A DNA stretch of 63,925 nt, the filler included, from Octopus bimaculoides (lineage: Eukaryota), in the NCBI RefSeq assembly GCF_001194135.2. It is 10 parts of 9 records of this genome, joined end to end, with 100 filler letters (N's around TTAATTAATTAA, not from the genome) between each part and the next. Parts side by side here need not be neighbours in the genome. Positions count along the whole stretch, not along the records: positions 22,970 to 33,331 come from NC_068994.1; positions 33,432 to 52,811 come from NC_068997.1; 8 more parts are not named here. The stretch is one strand, 5' to 3'. Both the position numbers and the translations under genes were made by a program. This document shows, piece by piece, positions 23,823 through 37,329 of the stretch. Under the pieces are notes generated by a model. That model was not told the origin of the DNA and did no database searches. It saw nothing but the letters and a program-made list of their open reading frames with translations. How positions within the stretch are numbered: the stretch's first letter is position 1; every line of letters starts with the position of its first letter.

Positions 23823-26699
23823 TTAGATTACATTGTTAATTGAAAAACAAAAAATTAATCAAGAGATGAGTGGTTTTGTCCTGTCACCAGCATTGTATTA
23901 GTTCTATGGCCCAGTTTACCCAACTATGAACAGGTACTGTTGGTTAGGAACAATATAGTGCAATTGCACAAAAACTGATAACGTTATTTTGCGATGCTGA
24001 AGTCACCTCCATCAGACAAACGTGTATTTCAAAGACTAAATTTAGACAACTTTCAATAATGTCCTTTAGGCTATAGACTCACCACTGCCATCACATAAAT
24101 AGAATGCTTAAATAAATGGTGTAATCTACAGGTTTATTCTCCTAGTTATATCCTGTCTCCACCTAATTAAGGACCACATTTATTTATTGTATGGAGTGCA
24201 GTGTAGCAGCCTGAGCATGTTGTAGTTTGTTCCCTGTCCAATCTATTCTAAGATGCCTGCAATTTCTGGGGGAACTTCATCAGAAGTAGGCAAAGTTTAT
24301 CCAGTCACTTGTCTCTGGTAGTAGGCATCCCAGAATAGTTTACGGGGCCAATGATATTATTTACATCACTGTCTCCATAGAAATGTATGCATTGCTTGTT
24401 TGAGCTGAATGGGCCAGTCAGTATCCATAATCCTTTAGCATTCAAACCAACCAAATCCAGCCCAAATATTCAACCAGTTTTATGTTCAAACCAGCCAATG
24501 TGACTTCTTCACTTTTCAAAGCTATGAACTGAGAAAAATTTGCCAACTATTTCTAGCAGATTGAACAACCATGCAGAGGCTTATTAGCAGATTTGGATGA
24601 TGTTGCAATTATATTGTTCATCTGGAGTCAGGTTGGAAAACCTGTTAGTTATATCACAACCCAGAAACTCTTTATGGATAAAATGCCACAGCTCGCTCAA
24701 CTTCCCGCCGGAGACTAGTAACCAGAGTTTAATGAATCATTTCTGATTTCACATTTTCTCTGTACCTATTTGAAATCATTACCATACAAGTATTGATTAC
24801 CTCATTATTTTGTACTGTTGCATCATCTTTAGGTGAAAAAATTGGTCAGCATAGTTGTTTTTGAAGCTGACAGAGTTTAGAATAGAGTTTGGTGACATGT
24901 ACTTTTCTTTCAAGAAATTTTTCCTCAACTTTGATCGGATTATAATTGCAGTTGCTAATAAAATATCTTGATAATTTTTAGCATTTAATAATCAATATTC
25001 TTGGATTCCAAATCAATTTTTTCCCATACTAATATCTAATTTAATAATTTTCAGTTTTCAAAAAATGATGTCAAAAATGAGTAATGACTAATTTCAATTT
25101 CTTCTCTTTAATTGCATGGTGCATAAATATATCAAGAAGAGAGCCACTCCAGCAGATTGGGAAGAAGCTATAGAGAGTATTCTATGCTATTTTTTTTTTA
25201 TTTAGTCAAGTTTTATTAATTTCATATCATGTGCCATTTTCCCTGATCTTTCATTTGACCTAGAAACTTAAAATTTTTGTTGCATTTCTAACCTTTCTGC
25301 TGGATAAGGATGTATAATGATGTGAGTCTGCTTTCAAAAGTAATTCTGGAGAATTGAAGTGGCAAATTTACCTTATCTTGGCTTATTCATTTTGCTCAAA
25401 GAGAACAGTAATAATCTTCTGAAAATTTATTCTGAATATGTTATAGTATTTTTAATGCATTTAGAGATGATAATTTTCTTAGCTGATATAGTTTTTGTAA
25501 AGAGGGGAACAGATGTAAAGCAATTTTTTTCTCGGTCAAATATGCTGTAAAAACTCATTGTGCACCTCCCACCACCATATAGCTTATTATGTTAAAATAG
25601 CCTTTTCTATATACATACACACAAATTATATAAAGTCATTTCCAATCATATAATTAACTAAATTTAACGTTCTGTTAGCTAGGTGGTCAAGAATGGAATG
25701 CCTTTGATTGAATTCCTATCAGAGGGGTAAGAGAAACACAAGTAAAATTTTAAGAAAAATGATTTTGTAGCAGCGTGATTTCCTTTTACATTTCACTCCA
25801 CAGTCGTTTCGGTGTGGTCGTAAAATAAGAAACAAGTTTCGGACAAGTGAGCCATTTATAAGTTTATTTCAGCGCTTTCAATATGATAAAATATTGCTTA
25901 AATGTCATGTTGGCATATCTTGTAAGCTGCGATTTAATTCCCGTTGCTTTGAGTGTAAGAATATATACATGCATAAGCTTATTTCGCAGGTCAAAAATAA
26001 GAACGTTTGATATTTGTAGCCAATTTAAAAATATAAATATTAATGTATTGTAATCAGAAAGTTATACATTTTAAAGCAAAACCATCAAGGCTCTCTGGAC
26101 ATAATAAAGAATCGTTGAACAAATTTCATGAAATTCTATTTCATTTCAATAACACAAGCAAGAAGGGAAGTAATTATAAACTACTTCCTGAGTACGAATC
26201 TAAGGGAAATAACTTTGTCAGAAAATAAGTAGTAAAGTCAGCCAAGAACATAAAAAAAATAATTTAACACAAATCTACGAAACAGCTTATTTAAAACCTA
26301 AATTGCTTGACACAGATTTTTGTTACAAAATCAAATGAGTCTCTTAGTTTTCTTTTTTATCTAAAAATTAAAACTAAATATCATTTTATCTGACTCAGAA
26401 GGAAATTGACAGCTTAAGACCACCCGTGTCTTAAAATTTAGAAAAGATCTTGTTCTTTTAAGATCACTTGCATTGATTTCGGGTGTTGTAAGCAGAGGAT
26501 TATGTTAACAAGTTAATGGTGATATATTGAATAATACGTTGCTGTCCATGTATTTCGAGTTATTTACATAACTTCCAAAATACATCTCATGCTTGTATCA
26601 TCAGTGATGTTCTTGGGATTGTAGATTGACCCAGTTGGGAATGATTAAGTTCCAGCTTGTCTCCAAACAGTGCTCTTTGTAAGCATAAATAATATTGAG

Positions 26700-28140
26700 C
26701 AGTATAAGTACGAAACTTATACAGAAAAGCTAGCTCTCTGACAGGGACCAAATCTCTTTTCTATGGAATTCCAGGCAACTGCATTTCCACCACTAGATTA
26801 GTGCTCACCATCCTCAATCACTCTGCCAGCAACCTCCCCACCGCCAATTTCAATGCATACAACACATCCTAGTAGTTAAAGAGTAGAAGCAGCAAGAGGT
26901 AACATATCATTACATCTTTACTTCTTTTACAGTTTCTTACATCTTAACCCATTAACATTCAGATAACACTGTCAAAGGTAATGTTTATTCTCATTTTTTA
27001 AAATTAATCATGTAGTATTGTGTAGCTTCGAGATTTTGAAGATGTGTTTATTATTAAACTAACCTTGTAGGGTAAGTGTGAGAGGTTGTATCTGGTTAGT
27101 TTCAACCAAAAACAAGTAGAATATTTGGGCTAGATATGGCCAGTTTAAATGCTAAAAGGGTAAACAATCCACACAAACACATACCTAACCAATCTAAATC
27201 CAATAACTCCTCCATAGATATCACTCCATATACCAAGCTAGCACAACCACCTGACAAACTAATCCTCAATTTTCTTTAGATTACCTACCAGTTATCATCA
27301 TTTATGCAAACTTCAAAAAAAAGTACTGCAGAACAAGTTCCTGGAAAAATGTTCTTGGAATTCAACAACACCCCAATCCTCAACATCAACACAGCAGAAC
27401 ATACTTAACAAATTAAACACATACCACAATACAACATAGCAAAATATAACCCCAATTACATCCCAGGAATAGTCAATCTCCAATACAATACACCAAAACC
27501 AGACAACTGAAATAAAACTCATTATCAAATAACAAACAAAGAAAAAAAAAAATTTTTTAATCATAATTGTTAGAACTGACAATCATTTGTATCCATCCTA
27601 AAGCACAAAACTAGCAACAAAATGTTGGACTAATTAACATCATCAACAACCTATGTCACATACACACACTCAGATAAGTCCTACACTGTAAGGCTAAGCA
27701 AACATCCTTAGACATTTATCGGAACCAGTCACTCAAAACCATGCAATGAAGGCAGGAACATGAAATAAAAAATATATACTTTAACCACAATTTTTACTTC
27801 ATCTTTCTATCAAATAACAATAAACCTCAAATTTGACCTCTTCCTTCCATTGATTATCCCTTTCACAGGAAAAAAGTCATTAAGAAAAACTTTTAAAAAG
27901 TCTCAGTGCCAAAGAGTCACAAGTATATTTCTAGAATATCTAGGTGTGTGTGCATGTGGGGCTTCTGAAGAAATCACTGCACTCATCAACATCTACAACT
28001 ATTCATACCAACACTAAAATTCACAGAATTTGGAATCTTGAGTAAAATTTTAATTCCAAAGTCCAATAAATCTCAAGTGAAGTAAAATCATTCAGACCAA
28101 TCACCCTCCTATGTACATCATCGAAAATTCTAGAAAGGCC
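26700..28140 (+). mobile_element. Old degraded LINE ORF2 (EN to RT), interrupted by a TTAA MITE
   Basis: Remnant motifs ANFNAYNTS (GDFNAH-like), SSIDIT, DYLPVII (SDH-like), LIPKSNK and FRPITLLCTSSKILER, with stops and frameshifts. Confidence 0.6.
26944..27164 (-). mobile_element. piggyBac-type MITE nested in an old LINE
   Basis: ttaacccattaacattcag...aatgctaaaagggtaaa. Confidence 0.7.
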
Positions 28141-29511
28141 AAGCTTTGACATCAATAACACACATTCACTTCTCTCTAAATTACAGCAAACACCAAATTC
28201 TAGGCCATACTTGTATGTGTGATCCTATGATATACAGGTAGTCAAGCAATAAGGTGTAACAGATTCACCTTCCTAGTTATATAACTTCTCTTCCTAGCTG
28301 AGGGCAACATCATGACAGTTTGGACACATTGCACTTTCACCACGACCTACTTTCCTCCATTTACCCAGACTGGTGGTGGCTACAATGGAGGTAGATAAGG
28401 TAGATTTGGCTATAGTATGACAATTGCAGTTTCTCTATACCTGATGGTGTGAGCATCCCTGCAGTAGGTGTATAAAGGTTATTGATGTACTTATTTCTGT
28501 GCGTGTGTGTACTTTATGTTTACCCGGACTGAGTGGGAAAGATAACATTTTCTGGATGATGTAGTGTTCTGGCATATTTGGAGGTAATTTTCCATGCAGT
28601 AACAAAAAATGTGGAGGGCAAAGTTTGGTGAAAACAAACAGTGATCTGTGAGGGCCTGCCTGGTTTTCATTAGAATTTTTTGTTTCATTGTACTAGTGGT
28701 CTATATACTTATCTGTAGCGTGTAATTTTATGTTGTTTCTATATATTGTGGTGAGAGCAGGGTGTCTAGTTAGATATGGCATAGTTTATGATAAATCAAA
28801 TGGTTTCCATGTTATTTCTTCCCACTCGTTACATGCAGTACTTGTGACTGCTCATGTTGTTTTACTTCATTGTGCCTTCTACATGTTGGAAATGTTCTGG
28901 AGGAGTTGCATGTAGCTTCTATTTTCATCTTGTGCATGGCATGCTTTGGTTGTTGAAGATCAGGTCGATACATCTTATTGCTTTCCATTTCTTTTAATAG
29001 CAATCAATCAGTACATATTTGTTTTTTTTAATCATCTGATTAGTTTTCTACTTGAAGTAATTCTGTCCATCATGCCTTGTGAGGTTTTTGCTTGCTTAAG
29101 TTTCTAATTAGGTGCTAGAGAAAGGTTTGACTAATGTTGAAATCATCAAGCAAGTAATATACAGAAAAGTCTTCTTTGGATGAAACATAGTACATGATTG
29201 ACATGCTACTCCCAAATATTTGGTTAGCTACGTACATTATGCATCTGCTTCAAAAGAGCTGACCAGGCCAATGATAAATTATTTTATGTAGTTTTACAGG
29301 AATATGAAAGAATTATGGGTAAATAGTACTACCAAAAACTTGCTATGCAATTCAGTGTGCAGATAACCAATTTAATAGGTTATCAGGCAACACTGAACTA
29401 CCAAAATATTTTACACCACATGATGCCCACGAAAAAGGCATTTTAATCTAAATGGCCAAATCAACCTAGTCATATGTAAAAACAATCTGATAAACTAGTA
29501 GTACAATAAAC

Positions 29512-29910
29512 ATCATCATTTAACGTCCGTTTTCTATACTAGCATGGGTTGGAGTTTGACAGGAGTTGCCTGGACTCCATGTCTGTTTTCTACAGCTTGA
29601 TACCCTTCCTAATGCCAACTACTCTACAGAGCAAACTAGGTGCTTTTATGTAGCACCAGCACGGATGCTTTTTACATGGCACCAGCAGCCATGAGCCTGC
29701 AAAATTAAGATCGCTCAGCTGCAGGGAACATGCCTGTATGTAATGACAACCATGATTTTACTTAGCTTGACATGTCTTCTACAGCACAGCAAACCATCAG
29801 AAATCTGTCCAGTCATCCCGTCAGACCCAACATCTGAAGATCTTTTCTCAGCACTTTGTTCCACGTCTTCCTGGGTTTATCTCTTCCATATGTTCCCTCC
29901 ACAATTAGAG
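29512..29910 (-). mobile_element. RTE LINE 3' end (RT C-terminus plus 3' UTR and GAT-repeat tail)
   Basis: GRDKPRKTWNKVLRKDLQMLGL followed by ...ccaacccatgctagtatagaaaacggacgttaaatgatgatg on the - strand. Confidence 0.75.
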
Positions 29911-31906
29911 ATCAGTACTAGTAAGTACAATAACCATTTTTGTTAGCTTATAGTGCCAAAATCAGCTCTGTAGTTAGAGCTTCGTGAAGCTGACTTACAT
30001 TAGCTAGAATAGATGAAATCAAAAGTTATACCACTGACTTACTAGGAGTCTTTATAATCATCCGTTGAGAAGAATGCATAATTAATACATTTGTTGTTGT
30101 TTAGCTCAAAAGCATTCCAGTTGAGATCATTGTCTTTTTTTTTCCTTTTCTTTCCAGGCTGTCTAAAGAACCATATTATTGCATGTTCTTCCTCTTTCCA
30201 AAACTTAGTGTGTAATAGAAACTTGGCTGCTATTTCTCGCAGGTGAAGTAATCATGTAGAAGTATTAAAACTTACTTTTCCTTTCATTTGCAAATGAAAA
30301 TATCAAAATTAATAAACCATGAGTGATACAGGATGAGAAAGTATACCTTATGTTTGGCTTCCAAATTTGCTTTCCTTTTGTCTTTTCTCTATAACTTTGA
30401 GGCTCAAGGAATAGGGATCCTGCTAATTTCAATATCTATTGCAGAAAGTGCAGTGGTTAATTATGTTATACTTACACATGAAATATTTCCAGCTAAATGA
30501 CTTAAACTAAGAAGTTAAATGTCTTGTCCACAGATCTATAACACAGTACTAGAGTACAAATGTTCATATATGCCAGATTTAAACAACTTAGGACTATTTA
30601 GATCTTAAAACCCCATATCATAATCATTCATCCAATTTTGTTTCCATTACTGATTTAAATCTATCTATAGATAGTAACTATAAATTTAAGAAACCAAGAA
30701 ATTATAAGAATTTAGTTATAAATGACAGTACTGCTCCAGCATGGCTTTAGATGCCATGGTAAAAAGCTACAGAAAATATAAGGAGTGGCAAAGTAAGCTC
30801 ATGTAGCAAGATTACAAACATTTCTTTGAGAGGGAAATGTTTTAGAATGGCAAATTTTGTTTGTGAAAAATAATAAAGATAATATAGAATTGGTCTATGT
30901 GCAAGGACACAATTATAGTACCACACTGGTATATGGAGCCATTGTAAAATTCATAATAACTTAATATTATGAAACCTGACCAATAAAAATGTTAGCTGCT
31001 GTGTCAGTGATCCACATGAATAAAACACGGAAAATGTAATATCAGGTGCAATACTGCAGTTTAAATAAATAAATTTAGACATATACAAAAAGGAAATAAG
31101 ACACTTATCTATAAACTTATGTGATGCTTTTTTTCTTTTCCATTTTTTAAAATCCAGTTTCCCAGTTAAGTCATTAATTGATCAGCAGGCTTCCTTCATG
31201 GAAGATTTCATCTCAGCTGAGTAAAGTCAATTACATAGTATTCCTGCTGCTTATAAACACAAACAGAATCACTACTACAAACTATATCTATCTATGTGTA
31301 AAACACTGTAGATTCAGAAACTGTTGGTGGTCTTTGTCAGCAAAAATTATACAGTGTCTTGAGTTTAGATAATTTCTGCAGCCATCAAGAGACAAAAAAA
31401 TCAGATCCTTCATATGAGTGAAAGAGTTGAGAAACTTCTTTGTTTGGGATGGAAAGTCAGTCCTAAAACATCAGATCTCTCCTCTGATGCTATGTAAAAT
31501 TATCCAAAATTCATGAACTTCACTACTTATGAGACTGAATCATGGCAGGTCAAGTGTCTTAACCAAGGATACAAATGGAGCTCAAGTAATGAAGTCTGAG
31601 CCATTTTCTATTTAGCCAGTAAGCTACACTTTTCTTGGAAAGGTGTGATTATCAAAATTTAAAAGGTTTTCAAATTACTTTTTTTCATGATTTAAAGCAA
31701 CAAATGGAGCAATTATTTGTTGACAAGAATGCAGTGTTTCAAAACATTGCAGAACAGATTATATATCTAGTTATTACCTAAAGAATGGGGGAAATTACAA
31801 AAAGGACAATTGAGAACATCGTCTTTAACAAATGTACTGAGTGCAAGATAACATTTTGAAATCTTGTAACTAAATATGGTATCTTTAAAGTTATCAAAAT
31901 TTTCAT

Positions 31907-32116
31907 CTAACCCTGTAAAATGTGAAGCTTATATATTCACATTGTTTTGAATTAATCATGCATTATCTCGTGAATTTGAGATTTTAATGATGCGATTGTT
32001 TATTTTTAGACTGGCATCGTAGGCTAGGTGTGAGAGGCTAGATTTAGCTGATATGAACATAAAAGCAGGTAAAATATTTTGGCCAGATATGGCTGGTTTA
32101 AATGCTAAAAGGTTAA
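31907..32116 (-). mobile_element. piggyBac-type MITE
   Basis: Reverse complement similarity to 23591-23822, ending aatgctaaaaggttaa. Confidence 0.68.
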
Positions 32117-35004
32117 AAATTGGTAAGGTATTTAGAAAAATAGATTTAGCAAATAATAGAGTTTATCTCTACAGCTACCATACAACACTGATTTGTTTCA
32201 CAGAGATATGGTAATTATTGGACACAGTATAAAACCCAACCATACATAAAGAAACATGATAATTTAAATCATCTAAAACTTCAAAATGAAGAACAGAGAA
32301 TCCAACTATCCCCATCAAAAATAAAGAGAAAATTTTCATATGTATCATTTCCTTTCATTAGTTTCAGTCACTGCATCATAGCCATGTTGAAGTGTATCAC
32401 CTTTCAAGAACTTCAGCCAATCATTATTGAATCCAGTACTTATTTTTGATGTCTACTTTATCAATTGACAAAGTTGCTTTTGTTACAACAGTGGTATTTT
32501 AACTGGTAGTATTGTGCCATGCCTAGACACATACAAATAAGATGGGCTTCTGAAGTTTCTGTCCACCACATTCAACACAAAATATATTGGTCAGCCTGAG
32601 GCTACGGAAGAGATTGCAAAAAAGTGACAGCACAGGGAAAAATTGAACTTAGAATCATGTGGTTGCTTAGTGAACTTCTTAAACAGTCAGCAATGCTTGC
32701 ACCTATAAAGGATTAAAATTTATAAGAAAGCTTTGCACAGTTGTTAGGTGAAGTTCTTTCACCACATAATACCAATGCAAGACAAAAAAAATAAAATTAA
32801 CAAGATGATGTGTAAAATAAAGCATTCTTTTCGAGCAGAATATTTGTATAGATTGCTAATATGTTAATGAGGAAGAGGAGAGTCTTGTTTAGAGATAACA
32901 ACCAATGTTTTTGCTGGGTGTTCAATATCTTTTCATTCGTTAGACTAGATAAACATTTCAAAAGCAAAAAAATTGTGCAAAAAGAGAGGAGAGAGAAAGA
33001 AATCAAGATTATCCATATATCGTTGCAATTAATTTCTAAAACTATCCATCAAACTGGAAGATTAACTTTTTTTTTTTTAAATATCATATTTTTATATTTT
33101 ATTCCTTAAAACCTGTAATGTTTAGTAGAGTTACAAAACAAGATTTATTGAAATGAATGTTAGATAGAAGAGCACACAGATGGGTGGGAAGTGCAGGGAA
33201 TAAATATAAACCATTTTGAAACAAAATACATTTATTTCTATTTAAAGTAAGACCCAAATAACAAACCGTTCAGAATGGAATCTGTTTTCCTTTGTCAAAT
33301 ATTGAAAAAAGAATATATATATATATATATANNNNNNNNNNNNNNNNNNNNNNNNNNNNNNNNNNNNNNNNNNNNTTAATTAATTAANNNNNNNNNNNNN
33401 NNNNNNNNNNNNNNNNNNNNNNNNNNNNNNNGTTTTAAATATTACAAGAACACTAAACTAAACAGCTCAAAATTCGCCAAAAGAAAAATTCTCTATAAAC
33501 ATGCTTATAGCATGTTATTTAGTATAAATGCAAACAAAATTAAGAACAAAAAGGTTACAAAATTTATATATAAAAAAACGAATGAAAACAATGGCAAAAC
33601 CAAATACAAGCACAAAGGGATATTTTAATGTAAAGCTTAAAATAAGGAGTAAATGAATACAAAATGAGATAAAAATTCCATTGAAAAGTGTTTTGTTTCT
33701 TCGAAATTATTATTAGGTTCTCTTAATAGAAATTGTCATTAAATTTATCTAAAAATACATTGAATGTTATAATAAATCAATAGAAGAAACATATATATTG
33801 TGTATGTAATGCTCATATATTGACAATATTTCTATCTAACATTAACTTGCCATATGTAGGTTTACGCTATGAATGCATACAAAGAATTCACTTGCAATAA
33901 ATCTTTTGATAATTTCTGCAGCATTATTGTAAAGACTTGCATAATTTAATATGTTTACGAATAATTCAAAAAGGGTTTCTCTTAATTTTGTTATTTTTGT
34001 TTATGCAAGTAAACAAAATTTTAATCAATACTCTGAAATATTGGCATATTTGATTAGCAGCCAAACCCTGCTATATTTTTTATATATATGTATATATATA
34101 TATGTAAGAAGAAATGAGACACTGTGTCTTTGATGCATCTACCAATGTTAGTAGCAGCAGCGCATGTTTGTTGGAGTTTATGAGACTTCAAGACACACAC
34201 TCTCTGCTAATATATAAAGAATTATCTCCCAATGACCACATAGATATGTTATATGCGATCACGTCAGACCGTAGATATATTACATATATTGAAGCTTACG
34301 GCCCCGAATGGTAGGCCCAAGGAGTGGGCACCAACACTATTAGAATATGACGAAATATCATCAATGGATACTGAATATCTTAGGCTCCGGTGCAGTAGTA
34401 CACATCGTATCAAGCTTATATGACAAACCTGACCAGTACCATATTAAAACATCATCTTAAAAAGTAGTATCACGTTAAACCTCCCCACATTCTATCGAGA
34501 CACAGGTAAAAAAATAGTAATAATAAACGGCATAAACACAGAAACAGTTAAATCATCAATAACTCAGTAAAGTATAAACATTGTCCTAGGTTAGACGCCC
34601 CAAAGATGGTAAGTACTGAAGAACAACCCTTGTATTTAGGCTTTGTGTCAGTTCATTTACTTGACTCTTTTACAGTCTCCACCAGAAAGAAGAACATCTG
34701 TCTGGTCTCTTGGCTTGTGAGAGATAGCAAGCAAAGTCCGTCCATGTCTTCGTCAAATTGGGATTACCACTCAAATGCACTGCTTGATCTTATTTCGCTT
34801 TAAACTTACAAACTTCTTAACTGCTATAAATATCATATGTTTCGTTAATATTGACGTTGTTATGGAGCCGCCACAGAGTTCTCTTCAGCAGGTTGCTGGC
34901 CACTATTTTCTGCTCTAAACTGTTTTAACAGTGTCCAAGATTTCTTTAATTCCTAATACACACCCACGCGCGCGCACACATACACACACGTGCACAGACA
35001 CAAG

Positions 35005-35240
35005 CAAACTTCTTATTTCTTTATTGCCCACAAGGGGCTAAACATAGAGGGGACAAACAAGGACAGACAAAGAGGATTAAGTCGATTACATCGACCCCAG
35101 TACGTGACTGGTACTTAATTTATCGACCCCGAAAGGATGAAAGGCAAAGTCGACCTCGGCGGAATTTGAACTCAGAACGTAATGGCAGACGAAATACCGC
35201 TAAGCGTTTCGCCCGACGTGCTAACGTTTCTACCAGCTCG
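35005..35240 (-). mobile_element. SINE family C, well-conserved copy
   Basis: Reverse complement of 3505-3712. Confidence 0.85.
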
Positions 35241-36029
35241 CACAGGCACACACAAACACACACACATATACTCACACACACACACACACCCACATACGCA
35301 CACACACACAAACACACACACACACACACACACACAAATACATATGTGAAGGCGCGTGGCTTAGAGGTTAGTGCATTCGACTCACGATCGTAATGTCCCG
35401 AGATCGATTCCTGGCGACGCGTTGTGTCCTTGAGCAAGACACATTATTTCACGCTGCTCCTGTCCATTCAGCTGAAAGAAATTGAGCAGTACCTGTAAGG
35501 AAATGGACCAACCTTGTCCCATTGTGTGTCACACTGAATCTCCTTGATTACTACGCTTAGAGTACACGTGTTTGTGGAGTGCTCAGCCAATCGCACGTTA
35601 ATTTCACAAGCAGATTATTTCGTTGATTGGATAAGCTAGAACCATCGTCGTTATAACAGCTGGTGTATGTATATGTGTGTGCATGTGTGTGTATGTATGT
35701 GTGTGTGTATGTATGTGTGTGTGTGTGTATAATCATCTTAGTGTATGTCTGGGTTAATTGTAAAGGCATAACTCCTCTATTTGGTGGAAAGAAATAAGTT
35801 GATAAACCTGCAGTAACACTAATATAGTTGCTTTAGTTGTTGCTGTTGTTGTTTAACCTAACGTCGGTATTGACCTAGGATTCCAATCATGACCTTTCCA
35901 TGGTATCAAGTTCAGTCCCACTGCGTCGAAACTTAGGGACATTTCTTCTACTATAGCCCAACGCTGACCAAAGCCTTATGAGTGGAATTGGTAGACGGTA
36001 ACCAAAAGACACTCCTTGTGTGTGTGTGC

Positions 36030-36076
<47 letters not shown>

Positions 36077-36679
36077 NNNNNNNNNNTAGGATTCCAATCA
36101 TGACCTTTCCATGGTATCAAGTTCAGTCCCACTGCGTCGAAACTTAGGGACATTTCTTCTACTATAGCCCAACGCTGACCAAAGCCTTATGAGTGGAATT
36201 GGTAGACGGTAACCAAAAGACACTCCTTGTGTGTGTGTCGCTGTGTTTGCGTTTATCCACCACTACCACCATCACTTGATAACCGATGTTGGTTTGTTCG
36301 GTTTTGATACAATAAGTAACAGACCCATAGAAATAAACTCAGGGGTCCATCGATTTCACTAAAATCCCTTCAAGACGGTTTCAGGCATGGCTGCACTCTA
36401 ATAAGCGAAACAAGACGATAAAAGTGCATCTGTATATCTCTATCCACCTCACTCTCCCTTTCTCTGTGTCAACATATACCATATGTTACATATTTATTAT
36501 ATCATACCTTGATACTGTGTGGACTAAGATCTCCGTTGATAGGGCGCTGGTATTTATAGCGCGTTAAACACTTTCGGTATGCAAATTAGAGAATCCTTCA
36601 TAGAGTAACTGCTGCCTTTGTTGTGTATATAAACTATTTGGCTACTTATTTCTCTCGAGACTGTCAAAATGATGTGGAC

Positions 36680-36722
36680 GCCTCTGATGAGGACCCAATA
36701 AGGTTCGAAAATCGATTAAGGC
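36680..36722 (+). ncRNA. Minimal type I hammerhead ribozyme (PLE-type)
   Basis: Stem I gcct/aggc; CTGATGA; stem II ggacc-caataa-ggttc; GAAA; palindromic stem III AATCGATT; cleavage triplet UUA after 36718. Confidence 0.75.
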
Positions 36723-37290
36723 TGTTTATCGTTTTTTTTTTCAGTCTGTGGGGGAAATGGATAAAATTTTCCCTGTTTATAATTATACCATATGTTAAAT
36801 ATATATACATATGTCATATATACTGACATATATGTGTATGCATGTATGTATATATCGACACACACATATCCAACAAGGTGGTGAGAAGAAAGAGGGTGAA
36901 TGCAAATATAGAATAAGTAAATAGGGAAGGAGAGAGATATATTCAGCGATGGATAGTTAAATAATTAACTAGCGAGCTATCTCGATAGATAGATAGGTTG
37001 GAAATGGGTGCATACTAACATAGATAGTATATTATATATACAGAGGTCAATAAAGAGATATAAGTGATGTATATTTAGATTGATCGATAAATCGATACGT
37101 ATATATATATATACGGTATATATATGTGTGTGGAGAGCAGCGTGTATGAGTATGTGTCTGTAAGCATATATGAGGTTGTACGTGTATGTATATATATTTG
37201 TGTGTGTGAGAGAGAGTGTGTGTGTGTGTGTGTGTCTGTGTATGTATATATGCCTGTATGTATAACATATATGTATACATATATACAGAT

Positions 37291-37329
<39 letters not shown>

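Noticed and set aside
31390-31500. LGWKVSPKTSDLSSD resembling a mariner motif; also Tx1-like traces at 28200-28480(-)
   Set aside because: Too short and degraded to call.
34590-34800. GT-AG 67-nt mini-intron-like arrangement on the + strand
   Set aside because: All spliced frames end quickly or give no recognisable protein.
34820-34895. CTGAAGA...CGAAAC-atatg on the - strand
   Set aside because: There is no stem I or stem II pairing and U16.1 is missing, so it is not a credible hammerhead.
35874-36240. Exact ~150-bp direct duplication of a SINE head
   Set aside because: The copies are identical and split by a 10-N gap next to a microsatellite; most likely an unmerged contig overlap. The same applies to 38862-38945.
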